A stretch of 62,833 bases of DNA, the filler included. It is 4 parts of 4 records of this genome, joined end to end, with 100 filler letters (N's around TTAATTAATTAA, not from the genome) between each part and the next. Parts side by side here need not be neighbours in the genome. Positions count along the whole stretch, not along the records: positions 1 to 22,878 come from DRR723986_3137; positions 22,979 to 30,268 come from DRR723986_3138; 2 more parts are not named here. One strand, given 5' to 3'. Of this stretch, positions 19,545-29,544 are shown one piece after another; positions within the stretch are counted from its first letter, which is position 1; every line of letters starts with the position of its first letter. The position numbers and the translations under genes were made by a program. A model generated the notes under the pieces. The model was not told the DNA's origin, ran no database searches, and worked only from the letters and a program-made list of their open reading frames with translations.

Positions 19545-21569
19545 ATGAAAAAACTACTACTGGCCGCGGCTGTCGCGCTCGGCTTGTCAGCACAAACCAT
19601 TGCTGCTGAACCCAACGAGAAAATCTCGGGAATCGACAAACAGTACATCAGCGAGTCACTAACCCCTGGTGGAGACTTTTATCAGTTTGTGAACGACGGC
19701 TGGCTGAAATCGACTAAGATTCCCGCCGACCGATCCAACTACGGATCATTCTCCGCCATCGATGATGCGGCCAAAGAGGCTATCAAGACGATCATCGACG
19801 AATGTGTCGAACAGTCTGCAGCTAAGGGCACTGACGCGCAGAAAGTGGGCGATTTCTACAAGAGCTACACCGACCTGGAAGCTCGTAACGCACTTGGTAT
19901 CAAGCCAATTGAGCCCGTCCTTGAAATGGTGAAACAAGCTTCATCGCCTGAGGACATGGCACGCCTCGTTGCGAAACTCTACAAAAAGGGCATCGCTGGT
20001 CCGCTGGTCTTCGGTGTGCAACCCGACGCAAAGAACAGCAGTGAATATGCTGTCTATATGTCGCAAGCTGGCATCACGCTTCCCGACCGCGATTACTACC
20101 TTAAAGACGAAGATCGTTATGTCAAAGCGCGTGAAGCCCTCGCTTCATACGTAACAGACATGATGAGTGCTATCGACCATCGCGATCCAGAAGGTGCAGC
20201 AGAACGCATCATCGCACTGGAAACACAGTTGGCTGAGATCTTCTGGGATCGAGTGACGAACCGCGATCCGCAGAAGACTTACAACAAGATGACCGCCGAC
20301 GAACTGGCGGAACTGCTGAGCAATATCCCGTTCGGTGAATTTCTGGACGAAGCAGGACTGGGAGACCACGGCGAGTTTATCGTACGGCAACCAGACTACC
20401 TGGAAGGCCTCAACGAGCTCATCAACGCTACACCTGAAGAGACTTGGCAAGACTACTTCCTGTACCAAGTCATCGATTCAGCATCGTCAGACCTGACCGA
20501 AGAACTAGAGCGCCGCAACTTTGAATTCTATCAAACGGCCCTCAGCGGCGTCGAAGAGCAAAAGCCACTCTGGCGACGTGGAGTAGAAGCAACCGAGAGT
20601 GTTCTCGGCGAAGTTCTTGGCAAGCTGTACGTTGAACGTCACTTTCCACCAGAAGCCAAACAACGAATGGATGCTTTGGTCGGAAACCTAAAGAAGGCGT
20701 ACGCCATCCGCATCGAAGCCATCGAATGGATGACGCCAGTAACCAAGAAGAAAGCTCTTGAAAAGCTTTCCAAGTTCACAACCAAGATCGGCTACCCAGA
20801 CCAATGGAAAGACTACTCCAAGTTAGAAGTCGCCTCCGATGACTTGGTCGGCAATTACATGCGAGCCTCCGAAGTCGAATACAACCGACAAATCGGCAAA
20901 CTCGGCGGACCGATCGATCGCTCCGAGTGGTTCATGACGCCACAAACGGTCAACGCGTATTACAACCCGACGATGAATGAGATTGTTTTCCCAGCAGCCA
21001 TTCTGCAACCTCCGTTCTTCAATTTAGAAGCCGACGATGCAGTCAACTATGGCGGCATCGGTGGAGTCATCGGTCACGAGATCAGCCACGGTTTTGACGA
21101 CAAGGGCAGCCAGTACGACGGCGACGGCAACCTCTTGAACTGGTGGAGTGACGATGACCGCGAAGAATTCGAAAAGCGTGCCAACCAACTGGTTGAACAG
21201 TACAACCAATTCGAACCCTTCGAAGGCCTGACCGTTAACGGTGAATTCACCCTCGGTGAGAACATCGGTGACCTTGGTGGCATGGCGGTCGCTTATGAAG
21301 CTTACATCCTTTCCCTAGGTGGAAAAGAAGCACCCGTCATCGACGGCATGAGCGGACAACAACGATTCTTCCTCGGCTGGGGACAAATCTGGCGGCGACT
21401 CTACCGTGACGACGAACTGAAGAAGCGACTTGTCGTCGACCCACACTCCCCAAGCCGCTACCGGTGCAACGGCATCCTCTCCAATATGGACGCGTTCTAC
21501 GATGCGTTCGAAATTCCAGAGGACAGCCCAATGTACATCGCGCCTGAAAACCGCGTTCGCATCTGGTAG
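19545..21569 (+). CDS. M13 family (neprilysin/PepO-like) zinc metallopeptidase
   Basis: Signal peptide MKKLLLAAAV; VNAYY, HEISHGFDD, GENIGD, DPHSP, RVRIW end. Confidence 0.95.
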   Translation: MKKLLLAAAVALGLSAQTIAAEPNEKISGIDKQYISESLTPGGDFYQFVNDGWLKSTKIPADRSNYGSFSAIDDAAKEAIKTIIDECVEQSAAKGTDAQKVGDFYKSYTDLEARNALGIKPIEPVLEMVKQASSPEDMARLVAKLYKKGIAGPLVFGVQPDAKNSSEYAVYMSQAGITLPDRDYYLKDEDRYVKAREALASYVTDMMSAIDHRDPEGAAERIIALETQLAEIFWDRVTNRDPQKTYNKMTADELAELLSNIPFGEFLDEAGLGDHGEFIVRQPDYLEGLNELINATPEETWQDYFLYQVIDSASSDLTEELERRNFEFYQTALSGVEEQKPLWRRGVEATESVLGEVLGKLYVERHFPPEAKQRMDALVGNLKKAYAIRIEAIEWMTPVTKKKALEKLSKFTTKIGYPDQWKDYSKLEVASDDLVGNYMRASEVEYNRQIGKLGGPIDRSEWFMTPQTVNAYYNPTMNEIVFPAAILQPPFFNLEADDAVNYGGIGGVIGHEISHGFDDKGSQYDGDGNLLNWWSDDDREEFEKRANQLVEQYNQFEPFEGLTVNGEFTLGENIGDLGGMAVAYEAYILSLGGKEAPVIDGMSGQQRFFLGWGQIWRRLYRDDELKKRLVVDPHSPSRYRCNGILSNMDAFYDAFEIPEDSPMYIAPENRVRIW

Positions 21570-21602
21570 TTTACTATCTCCAGCGATCGTGCAAAATTTA
21601 CG

Positions 21603-21646
21603 GCTCGAGACCGAAAGATCCTTCTTGCGGTCTCGAGTCTTTTTTT
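21603..21646 (+). terminator. Rho-independent terminator
   Basis: CTCGAGACCG...CGGTCTCGAG stem followed by TCTTTTTTT after the M13 gene. Confidence 0.8.
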
Positions 21647-21756
21647 GCGCGGAACTCTTGAATTCAAGACCTCTTCAGCGAGCCCACACAGGCTGCGACG
21701 ACTCCCCCCTCAACATCAAGCCCCCTTTGTCGGCCGAACAGAACCAAAGATCGATC

Positions 21757-22671
21757 ATGACAGCAGGCACCATAGACTCCAGCGACGCATCAAAGGCTCC
21801 TGTCATCGTCGGACTGGGGGAAGCACTGTGGGACATGTTTCCCGAAGGGCCGCAATTCGGTGGAGCACCTGCAAATTTCGCACGCACGACGGTTCGCCTA
21901 GCTGGTGACCAAGCAACGGTGAACATGGTTAGTGCCGTTGGCGATGACGAACTAGGCCATTCAGCCATTCAGTCGCTGGTCGAACACGGAGTTGCAACCT
22001 CGTGCGTCCAGCTTAACGAAAGAGCGACTGGCAAAGTCCACATTACAACGGACAAGCAGGGTGACGCTAGCTATCGCTTTGACGAAGACAGCGCTTGGGA
22101 TGCGATCGTTTGGACGGATGCCATCGAGGCAATTGCCAGGCGCTGCAGTGCCGTGTGCTTTGGAACATTGGCGCAGAGACAAAATCCATCTCGCGAAACG
22201 ATCCAGAAATTCGTCTCTGAGACTCCAAGCGATTGTCTACGGGTTTACGACATCAATCTCCGCAAGCCACATGTAGAGGCGGCTGTCATTGAGCGATCTT
22301 TGGAGCTTGCCAACGTTCTCAAGCTGAACGAGGATGAACTTCCATTCGTCGCCAAGCTCGCTGGCCAACCCACCGATCAAGCTCCAGAGAAGCTGCTAGC
22401 CGCGATCGCAAAGCAATACAGCCTAAGGTTTGCCGCTCTAACGATGGGGCCAGAGGGAGCGTTCGTCTACTCGGTCGATGGAATGGATCACCAACCTGCA
22501 CCGCAGACAGAAGTCATCAACACTGTTGGTGCGGGTGATGCCTACACCGCTGCTCTGATCTTCAACTTGGTCTCAGGTGAAAATGTCAGCACCGCAAACT
22601 CGAGGGCAGTCGCCACAGCCGCAATCGTTTGCCAGCAACCCGGAGCAACCTTGCCACCTCCCCGCAATTAA
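21757..22671 (+). CDS. PfkB family carbohydrate kinase (fructokinase-like)
   Basis: GLGEALWD, FGGAPANFA, SAVGDDELG, DINLR, LKLNEDEL, NTVGAGDAY; ATG 21757 preferred to the ORF-track start. Confidence 0.92.
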   Translation: MTAGTIDSSDASKAPVIVGLGEALWDMFPEGPQFGGAPANFARTTVRLAGDQATVNMVSAVGDDELGHSAIQSLVEHGVATSCVQLNERATGKVHITTDKQGDASYRFDEDSAWDAIVWTDAIEAIARRCSAVCFGTLAQRQNPSRETIQKFVSETPSDCLRVYDINLRKPHVEAAVIERSLELANVLKLNEDELPFVAKLAGQPTDQAPEKLLAAIAKQYSLRFAALTMGPEGAFVYSVDGMDHQPAPQTEVINTVGAGDAYTAALIFNLVSGENVSTANSRAVATAAIVCQQPGATLPPPRN

Positions 22672-22878
22672 AACAGCATGCTTGCTAACGAACCGCAAAC
22701 CTGACACAGTAGCCGTCGCTCCAGCGTCCGTCGGAACGCCGATTCCCATTGCAGAACTCCTTCAGTTCCCAATGAGCTAGTTCCAAATCTTTCGAATAGC
22801 ACTGAGGCTCCGTCCAAAGCAGGTCACCTACAACGTCGCCACCACCGGCTTAACTAATCCCCGCAGCTAGTTCTACCC

Positions 22879-22978
22879 NNNNNNNNNNNNNNNNNNNNNN
22901 NNNNNNNNNNNNNNNNNNNNNNTTAATTAATTAANNNNNNNNNNNNNNNNNNNNNNNNNNNNNNNNNNNNNNNNNNNN
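22879..22978. other. Artificial contig linker
   Basis: N44-TTAATTAATTAA-N44, with stops in all six frames. Confidence 0.99.
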
Positions 22979-23050
22979 AGGGGCCAGCGCATAGGCCAGC
23001 CCCTCGATAATCAACACCAGCCCAAGGGCCAGAAAAATGGTGCCCAACAT
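22979..23050 (-). CDS. DUF2065 family small membrane protein (5' fragment, truncated by contig end)
   Basis: Manual translation MLGTIFLALGLVLIIEGLAYALA; ATG overlaps the hflC stop, the usual position downstream of hflC. Confidence 0.8.
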
Positions 23051-23934
23051 CAGTTTTTGCTGCGGCCCTCGACCGCGTCCAGGTAGTTGAAGAAATCGCT
23101 ATCTGGGGTGATCACCATCGTCGAGTTGCCCGCTTGGATGGCCCGTTCGTAGGCTTGTAGCGAGCGGTAAAAGCTGAAGAATTCAGGATCTGCGCCATAA
23201 GCTTGGGCAAAGATGTTGTTGCGGCGGGCATCGGCCTCGCCGCGCGCAACGTTGGCTTCGCGCTCGGCCTCGGACAGGGTTTCCACCACGGTTCTATCGG
23301 CCAAGGCGCGCACGCGCTGGGCGGCCTCGTTACCGCGGGCGATCTCGTCGGCGGCTTCGCGTTCACGCTCGGCGCGCATCCGGGCAAAGGTGGCTTCCAG
23401 GTTTTGCGCTGGAAGGTTGGTTTGCTTCAAACGCACATCCACCACATCCAGCCCCAAAGACAGCGCCGATGCACGGGCCTGATCGCGGATACGCGTCATC
23501 AGCCCGCGGCGATCTTCTGACAAGATCGTATCGGATGTGACCTGATCAGCACCCAGAACCTCGCGGATTTGGGCGTTTAGGATCGATTGCAACCGGTCTT
23601 CGGCCAGACGCAAACCGCCTGCGCCCACGGCCCGACGAAAGGCTTCGGCATCTGCGATACGGTAGCGCGCGAAAGCATCCACCACCAAACGGCGATCATC
23701 CGACGGCGTCACCTCGATCACCTCGGTATCCAGCGACAAGATGCGATCGTCGTAGCGCACCACTTCTTGGATCAGCGGGATCTTGAAATAAAGGCCCGGT
23801 TCTTCGTGGACCGATTTGATCTGGCCAAACTGCAGCACCAGCGCTTTTTCACGCTCGTCCACCACAAACAGCGAGGACATGGCCGTAACGATAACCAGCA
23901 CGATGCCCGGCAAAAAGAATGTCGATTTTTTCAT
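23050..23934 (-). CDS. hflC: FtsH protease modulator HflC
   Basis: SPFH domain, VDAFARYRI, RMRAEREREA, DPEFFSFYRSL; follows hflK. Confidence 0.96.
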   Translation of the reverse strand: MKKSTFFLPGIVLVIVTAMSSLFVVDEREKALVLQFGQIKSVHEEPGLYFKIPLIQEVVRYDDRILSLDTEVIEVTPSDDRRLVVDAFARYRIADAEAFRRAVGAGGLRLAEDRLQSILNAQIREVLGADQVTSDTILSEDRRGLMTRIRDQARASALSLGLDVVDVRLKQTNLPAQNLEATFARMRAEREREAADEIARGNEAAQRVRALADRTVVETLSEAEREANVARGEADARRNNIFAQAYGADPEFFSFYRSLQAYERAIQAGNSTMVITPDSDFFNYLDAVEGRSKN

Positions 23935-23936
23935 GC

Positions 23937-25094
23937 TTAGTTACCCCCGGTCGTGCGTTTCAACTCGTTCAAAGGCAGATAGGGCACCACGCCCTGCCCA
24001 CCTTCCGAGCCAACCAAGCTGCTGTCGAGAATGGTTTTATCAACAGCGCCCAGCACTTTTTCCATCGTCTCAATGTACAAACGCTGCCGCGTTACATCGG
24101 GTGCTTTGCTGTATTCCTCCAAAACCGCGCCAAAACGGCTGGCCTCACCCAAGGCTTCGTTCACCACCTGCGCGCGGTAGGCTTCGGCCTGTTCCAGCAT
24201 TTGGGCCGATTCACCACGCGCCTCGGCCAAAACCCGGTTTGCATAGGCATCGGCCTGGCGCTGCAGGCGATCGCGCTCTTGCTCGGCGGCTTGCACCTCG
24301 CGGAAACTATCGATCACCTCGCGCGGCGGGTCGGCTTTTTCAAGGTTCACCCGCACGATGCGAATGCCGCTTTCGTATTCATCCAGCGCCTGTTGGATGC
24401 GCAGCTGGGCGGTTTCGGCAATGATCCCGCGATCACGGTTCAGGATCGGCGCCAACGGGGTGGCGGCGATAATCTCGCGCATCACAGATTCCGACACCGC
24501 CTGCACGGTTTGTTGCGGATCGCGGATGTTAAACAGCAACCGCGCCGGATCCGAGATATTCCACACAACCTGGAAATCGATATCCACGATATTGGCATCG
24601 GTGGTCAGCATCAGCCCGGTATCTTCGCGCCCGCGCGCAATACCAATGCTTTCTGTCCGCTCGGTCGAGGTGGAAACAACCTCGGCCTTGATAAAGGGCC
24701 ACCAGGCGAAATGCGGGCCATCATCAGTGGTGCGGAAATATTGGCCCAAAAACAGCTCGACGCCCTGTTCTTCGGGTTTGACGGTGTAGAAGCTGGTGAA
24801 AAGATACAGCGCCACCGCGCCCACAGCCCCCATCAAAACGCCCGAGCGCGTCAGCTGTGGCCCCTGTGGCCCACCGCCGCCGGTGCCACGCCCGCCGCCA
24901 TTGCCCGCGCCACCGCGCCCGCCCATCAGGACGCGCAGTTGCTCTTGGCCCTTTTTCACCAATTCGTCGATTTCGGGTATCTGCGGCCCTTCTTGTTGGC
25001 CCGGGCGACGCCCGCCGCCCTGTTCGCGACGCCCGTCATTATCATCGCCCCGGTTTCCGCCGCCGCCCCATGGGCCGCCTGACTGTCCAGCCAT
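23937..25094 (-). CDS. hflK: FtsH protease modulator HflK
   Basis: GGPWG N-terminus, MLTTDANIVDIDFQVVW, APDVTRQRLYIETME, VVPYLPL. Confidence 0.96.
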   Translation of the reverse strand: MAGQSGGPWGGGGNRGDDNDGRREQGGGRRPGQQEGPQIPEIDELVKKGQEQLRVLMGGRGGAGNGGGRGTGGGGPQGPQLTRSGVLMGAVGAVALYLFTSFYTVKPEEQGVELFLGQYFRTTDDGPHFAWWPFIKAEVVSTSTERTESIGIARGREDTGLMLTTDANIVDIDFQVVWNISDPARLLFNIRDPQQTVQAVSESVMREIIAATPLAPILNRDRGIIAETAQLRIQQALDEYESGIRIVRVNLEKADPPREVIDSFREVQAAEQERDRLQRQADAYANRVLAEARGESAQMLEQAEAYRAQVVNEALGEASRFGAVLEEYSKAPDVTRQRLYIETMEKVLGAVDKTILDSSLVGSEGGQGVVPYLPLNELKRTTGGN

Positions 25095-25162
25095 TACCTA
25101 TCATACCCCTTTTGTAGGTTACGTTCTTATCTATGCCTAAACTGTGTAGTCGCAGCCAAATT

Positions 25163-26521
25163 TCAAGCGCTGCGCACAGGTTGTTTCATTGTCACGATTT
25201 CTTCCGACATGGTTGGGTGCACTGCAACGGTGCGGTCGAAATCCTCTTTTGTGGCGCCCATCTTTACCGCGATGCCCGCCAGCTGGATCATTTCCCCAGC
25301 CCCCGGCGCCACGATATGGCAGCCCAGCACCTTGCGCGTATTGGCGCAGACCACCAGTTTCATCAGCACCCGCTGGGTGCCACCTGCAAAAGATTCGCGC
25401 ATCGGCTTGAAAGAGGTTGCATAAATTTCCACCGGCCCCTTGGCGCGGGCGTCTTCCTCGGACAGGCCAACCGTGCCCATTTCAGGCTGGGTAAAAATCG
25501 CGGTGGGGATCAGATCGTGATCGACCGGCGTTGGGTTGGCGTTGAACACCGTCTCGACAAAGGCCATGCCCTCGCGGATGGCCACAGGCGTAAGGTTTAC
25601 CCGGTCGGTCACATCGCCCACGGCATAGATCGAGGGCACGCTGGTTTGGCTATACTCATCCACCAAAACCTGGCCGCCCCGCCCCAGGTTTACGCCAATC
25701 TCTGCCAGCCCCATGGCAGCGGTATTGGGGGCGCGGCCGGTGGCAAACATGACCTGGTCAAACAGCATGTCACTGCCATTGGTGGCCAAAACGCGGATCT
25801 GCGCGCCGTCTTTTTCCATCGACAAGATATTGGTGCCCAAATGCAGATCGACGCCATTTTGGCGCATTTCTTCCGCCACCAGCCCGCGCGCCTCGTCGTC
25901 AAAGCCGCGCAGGATTTGCGCACCGCGGTAAAACTGTGTCACCTCGACACCCAAGCCATTTAAAATGCAGGCAAATTCGCAGGCAATATAGCCGCCGCCG
26001 ATGATCAGCATGCGCTTTGGCAATTCGGGCAGATGGAAAATATCGTTCGAGGTGATGCCAAGCTCGGCGCCGGGCATATCGGGCACAACCGGCCGCCCCC
26101 CCATCGCCAGCAAGATGTGGCGCGCGCTAAAGCGGCGGCCATCGCCCAGCATCACCGTATGGGCATCGACCAGCGTTGCGCGGGCGTCAAATGTGGTAAC
26201 GCCGTTATTTTTCAATATGTTGCGATAGATGCCTTCCAGGCGGTCCAATTCGGCATGCAGCTTGGTTTTGAAATGCGTCCAGTCAAATGCCCCATGCTGC
26301 ACGTCCCACCCATAGGCGCGCGCCTCGGATATGGCGGTGGGAAATTCGCTGGCAAAGACCATCAGTTTTTTCGGCACGCAGCCGCGGATCACGCATGTGC
26401 CGCCGTAGCGATCCTCTTCCGCCAGGGCCACCCGCGCACCGGTTTGCGCCGCCACGCGGCCCGCACGCACCCCGCCCGAGCCACCGCCAATGACAAAAAG
26501 ATCAAAATCAAAATCCTGCAT
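25163..26521 (-). CDS. gor: Glutathione-disulfide reductase
   Basis: GGGSGG, GGTCVIRGCVPKK, GGGYIACE, LTPVAI, HPTMSEE. Confidence 0.96.
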   Translation of the reverse strand: MQDFDFDLFVIGGGSGGVRAGRVAAQTGARVALAEEDRYGGTCVIRGCVPKKLMVFASEFPTAISEARAYGWDVQHGAFDWTHFKTKLHAELDRLEGIYRNILKNNGVTTFDARATLVDAHTVMLGDGRRFSARHILLAMGGRPVVPDMPGAELGITSNDIFHLPELPKRMLIIGGGYIACEFACILNGLGVEVTQFYRGAQILRGFDDEARGLVAEEMRQNGVDLHLGTNILSMEKDGAQIRVLATNGSDMLFDQVMFATGRAPNTAAMGLAEIGVNLGRGGQVLVDEYSQTSVPSIYAVGDVTDRVNLTPVAIREGMAFVETVFNANPTPVDHDLIPTAIFTQPEMGTVGLSEEDARAKGPVEIYATSFKPMRESFAGGTQRVLMKLVVCANTRKVLGCHIVAPGAGEMIQLAGIAVKMGATKEDFDRTVAVHPTMSEEIVTMKQPVRSA

Positions 26522-26779
26522 ATCCGCTCCTTTTGCCTATTGGCGCCGCACCCCAAACCCGGTTGAAATGCTATATTTCACAAGGCGCGCCTGATGGCCA
26601 GACCCCGCCCCAATGGCCGCACCTGCCATAAGCGATGCGGGGGCTGCGACATAAAGATTATTGTCAAAAGGGCCGAAGCGCCTTAGCAGCAGTAGGGCCT
26701 ATCGCGGTTTATTCTACGAATTTCCTTTCTAGGCCCACAACCACACCGCCCCCGCGAGGGGCCATAAGACAAGGCCTGA

Positions 26780-27805
26780 ATGTCTCATACTTTGCCGACC
26801 CCCGCGAATGCCCGCCAGTGGCTGGCCGTGCTTGCCCATTACCGCGACCCCTCGCTTGGGCGCAGTTTGTTTGAACTGGCCGCGACCGCGCTGCCGTTTC
26901 TGACGATCTGGGCGCTGGCGTGGTGGCTGCTGGCCGATGCGCCCTGGGCGTCGTTCGGTTTGGCGCTGCTCAATGGCATCTTTTTGGTGCGCCTGTTCAT
27001 TATCCAGCATGATTGCGGCCATGGCGCGTTTTTGAAACAGCGCCGCGTGCAAAATTGGATTGGCCGCAGCCTTGGGGTGCTGACGCTGACGCCCTATGCG
27101 GTGTGGCAGCGCACCCATGCCATTCACCACGCCAGCCACGGCAACCTTGATGCCCGCGGCATTGGCGATGTCACAACCTTGACAGTGGCCGAATACCTTG
27201 CGCGGGGGCGCTTTGGGCGCTGGCTGTATCGGCTGTATCGTAACCCTGTGGTGCTGTTTGTTTTGGGCCCTGCCTATTTGTTCTTGCTGCAAAACCGCCT
27301 GCCGATTGGGCTGATGCGGGCGGGGTGGCGGTATTGGGTATCGGCCATGGGCACCAATATCATGATCGCCCTGGTGCTGGCGGGCGTGCTTTGGGCGGGC
27401 GGCTGGGCGGCTGTGCTGCTGATCTATTTGCCCTGCGCAATCAGCGCCGCCACCATTGGGGTTTGGCTGTTTTACGTGCAGCACCAGTTCGAGGAAACCC
27501 ATTGGTCAAAGGGCGAAGATTGGCAGCTGCACCATGCAGCGCTAGAGGGCAGCTCGCATTATGTGCTGCCACAGCCCCTGCGCTGGCTGACCGGCAATAT
27601 CGGCATCCACCATGTGCACCATCTGTATTCGCGCATCCCCTTCTACCGCCTTCCCGAGGTGCTGCGCCATCACGCCACCCTGGCCGAGGCCCAAAGGCTG
27701 ACCATCGCCGAAAGCTTTGCCACCGTGCGCCTGCACCTGTGGGACGAGGCCCGCGGCAAGCTGGTGTCATTTTCCGATCTTGCCCGCGGCAAGGCTGTGG
27801 CCTGA
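26780..27805 (+). CDS. Membrane fatty acid desaturase
   Basis: His boxes HDCGH, HAIHH, HHVHH; WLFYVQHQFE; IPFYRL. Confidence 0.93.
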   Translation: MSHTLPTPANARQWLAVLAHYRDPSLGRSLFELAATALPFLTIWALAWWLLADAPWASFGLALLNGIFLVRLFIIQHDCGHGAFLKQRRVQNWIGRSLGVLTLTPYAVWQRTHAIHHASHGNLDARGIGDVTTLTVAEYLARGRFGRWLYRLYRNPVVLFVLGPAYLFLLQNRLPIGLMRAGWRYWVSAMGTNIMIALVLAGVLWAGGWAAVLLIYLPCAISAATIGVWLFYVQHQFEETHWSKGEDWQLHHAALEGSSHYVLPQPLRWLTGNIGIHHVHHLYSRIPFYRLPEVLRHHATLAEAQRLTIAESFATVRLHLWDEARGKLVSFSDLARGKAVA

Positions 27806-27834
27806 GGCCCAACCAAACAAAAGCCCCACCCAAA

Positions 27835-27865
27835 CAAAAAGGCGCCCGCGAACGGGCGCCTTTTG
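27835..27865. terminator. Bidirectional Rho-independent terminator
   Basis: AAAAGGCGCCCG-CGAA-CGGGCGCCTTTT between the convergent desaturase and rpiA. Confidence 0.85.
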
Positions 27866-27883
27866 AACAGGAAATACTGGCTG

Positions 27884-28669
27884 TTAGTCGATATCGCGAA
27901 ACAGGTTTTCGCTTTCGACGAAATCCAGCTTTTCGGTTTCCACCGTGCCTTGGTTGATGTCGCGGGTTTCCACGCGGCCATCACCATAACCCACCACAAC
28001 CACATCACAAATATCGATAAAGAGGCCGTTTTCCACCACGCCGGGCACCTGGTTTAGCACCATTGCCAATTGCCTTGCATTGCCGATACGGCCCAGGTGC
28101 AGATCTAAAATATGGTTGCCCTCGTCGGTGACAAAGGGGCGATCGCCATTCATCCGCAGGCTGGTGCCACGCCCCAGCACATCGATCGAGACCAGCATTT
28201 CCTCGATCAGCGATTTGGTGGTTTGCCAGCCAAAAGGAATCACCTCGACCGGCAGCGGAAAGGCCCCCAGCGCGCCCACCTCTTTGCCGGCATCGGCAAT
28301 CACGATCATCTGATCGCTGGCGGTGGCCACGATTTTTTCCTGCAGCAGCGCCCCGCCGCCGCCTTTGATCAGGTTGAGATCGGCATCAAACTCATCGGCG
28401 CCATCGATCGTCAGATCCAGCCATTTCGCCTCGTCCAGCGAAACCACCTCGATGCCCAATTCGCGCGCCAAGGCGGCTGTGCGGGTCGAGGTGGGCACGG
28501 CGCGTATTTTCAAGCCGTCCTGGCGCACCACCTCGGCCAGGCACCGCACCATCCATGCCGCGGTCGAGCCAGTGCCAAGGCCCACGCGCATGCCATCTTC
28601 TACGAAATCAACCGCGCGTTTGGCGGCGACGAATTTTGCCTTGTCGATGGGCGACAATTCTCCGGTCAT
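27884..28669 (-). CDS. rpiA: Ribose-5-phosphate isomerase A
   Basis: GLGTGST, DGADE, IKGGGGALLQEKIVA, GVVENGLF; ATG 28669 follows an AGGAG RBS. Confidence 0.96.
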   Translation of the reverse strand: MTGELSPIDKAKFVAAKRAVDFVEDGMRVGLGTGSTAAWMVRCLAEVVRQDGLKIRAVPTSTRTAALARELGIEVVSLDEAKWLDLTIDGADEFDADLNLIKGGGGALLQEKIVATASDQMIVIADAGKEVGALGAFPLPVEVIPFGWQTTKSLIEEMLVSIDVLGRGTSLRMNGDRPFVTDEGNHILDLHLGRIGNARQLAMVLNQVPGVVENGLFIDICDVVVVGYGDGRVETRDINQGTVETEKLDFVESENLFRDID

Positions 28670-28811
28670 GGGCGACTCCTGCTGATTTGGCGCGCTTATA
28701 GGCCAGCTTAACCCCATATGCGAGGGGGCACAGCCCCCGGCTTGCGCGTTTCCAATGGGAAACGTCGCTTTTTCACCACGCCCGGGCAGCGCCGCCCGCT
28801 ATCAAGGCTTT

Positions 28812-29543
28812 ATGAGCACGCTGCGCCTTCACTATGCCCCAGATAACGCCTCGCTGATCATCCGATTGGCGCTAGAGGAATTGCGCCTGCCCTACAGCAC
28901 CTGCTTGGTCGATCGCGCGCGCGCCGCGCAAAAGGGCCCGGCCTATCTGGCGCTGAACCCAACCGGGCTGATCCCGGTGTTGGAAACCCCACAAGGCGCC
29001 ATTTTCGAAACGGGCGCGATCTTGGTGTGGTTGGCCGATGCCCACCCCGCCCAGACCGCCGCGCATGCGCTGTTTCCCGCCCCCCGCGATGCGCTGCGAG
29101 GTGCTGCGCTGAAATGGCTGTTTTTCGTGGCCAACACCCTTCATCCTGCGCTGCGCATGCAGTTTTACCCCCATCTCTACGTGGGCCAAGACAGCGCCGC
29201 ACAAAGCCAGTTTCGCCAGATCAACAGCGCCAATATTGCCCGGCATCTGGCGCTGCTGGATCAGGCTGCAGCACAGGACACGGCCATGGGGGCCGGGGTT
29301 TTTGCCGGGCAAAGCCCCAGCTTGATCGATCTGTATTTGGCGCCGCTGTTGCGCTGGTGTGCGCTGTATCCAAAGGGTGAAACCGGCTGGTTTTGCCTGG
29401 CCGATACGCCCCAGTTGCAAGCCATGGCCCAGCGCCTAGAAAACCGCCCCATCACCCAAGCTGCGGCCTTGGCCGAGGGGCTGGGCCCACAGCCCTTTAG
29501 CCGCCCGGCATTTGCCACCCCTCCCGAAGGAAGCGCTGTCTGA
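28812..29543 (+). CDS. Glutathione S-transferase family protein
   Basis: LHYAPDNASLIIR, LNPTGLIPVL, FETGAILVWL, SLIDLYL. Confidence 0.9.
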   Translation: MSTLRLHYAPDNASLIIRLALEELRLPYSTCLVDRARAAQKGPAYLALNPTGLIPVLETPQGAIFETGAILVWLADAHPAQTAAHALFPAPRDALRGAALKWLFFVANTLHPALRMQFYPHLYVGQDSAAQSQFRQINSANIARHLALLDQAAAQDTAMGAGVFAGQSPSLIDLYLAPLLRWCALYPKGETGWFCLADTPQLQAMAQRLENRPITQAAALAEGLGPQPFSRPAFATPPEGSAV

Positions 29544-29544
29544 C

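Noticed and set aside
21430-21756. N-terminal extension of the PfkB kinase in the ORF track (similar over-extensions at 18508, 35575, 35974, 40808, 60119)
   Set aside because: Overlaps neighbouring genes, terminators or operators; recognisable domains begin at downstream starts
22672-22878. Possible RNA gene or CDS at the end of contig 1
   Set aside because: No tRNA cloverleaf, strong hairpin or credible ORF could be supported
22879-22978. TTAATTAATTAA palindrome recurring three times (also 30313-30324 and 56689-56700) as a biological repeat
   Set aside because: Always embedded in 44+44 Ns; an artificial six-frame-stop contig spacer
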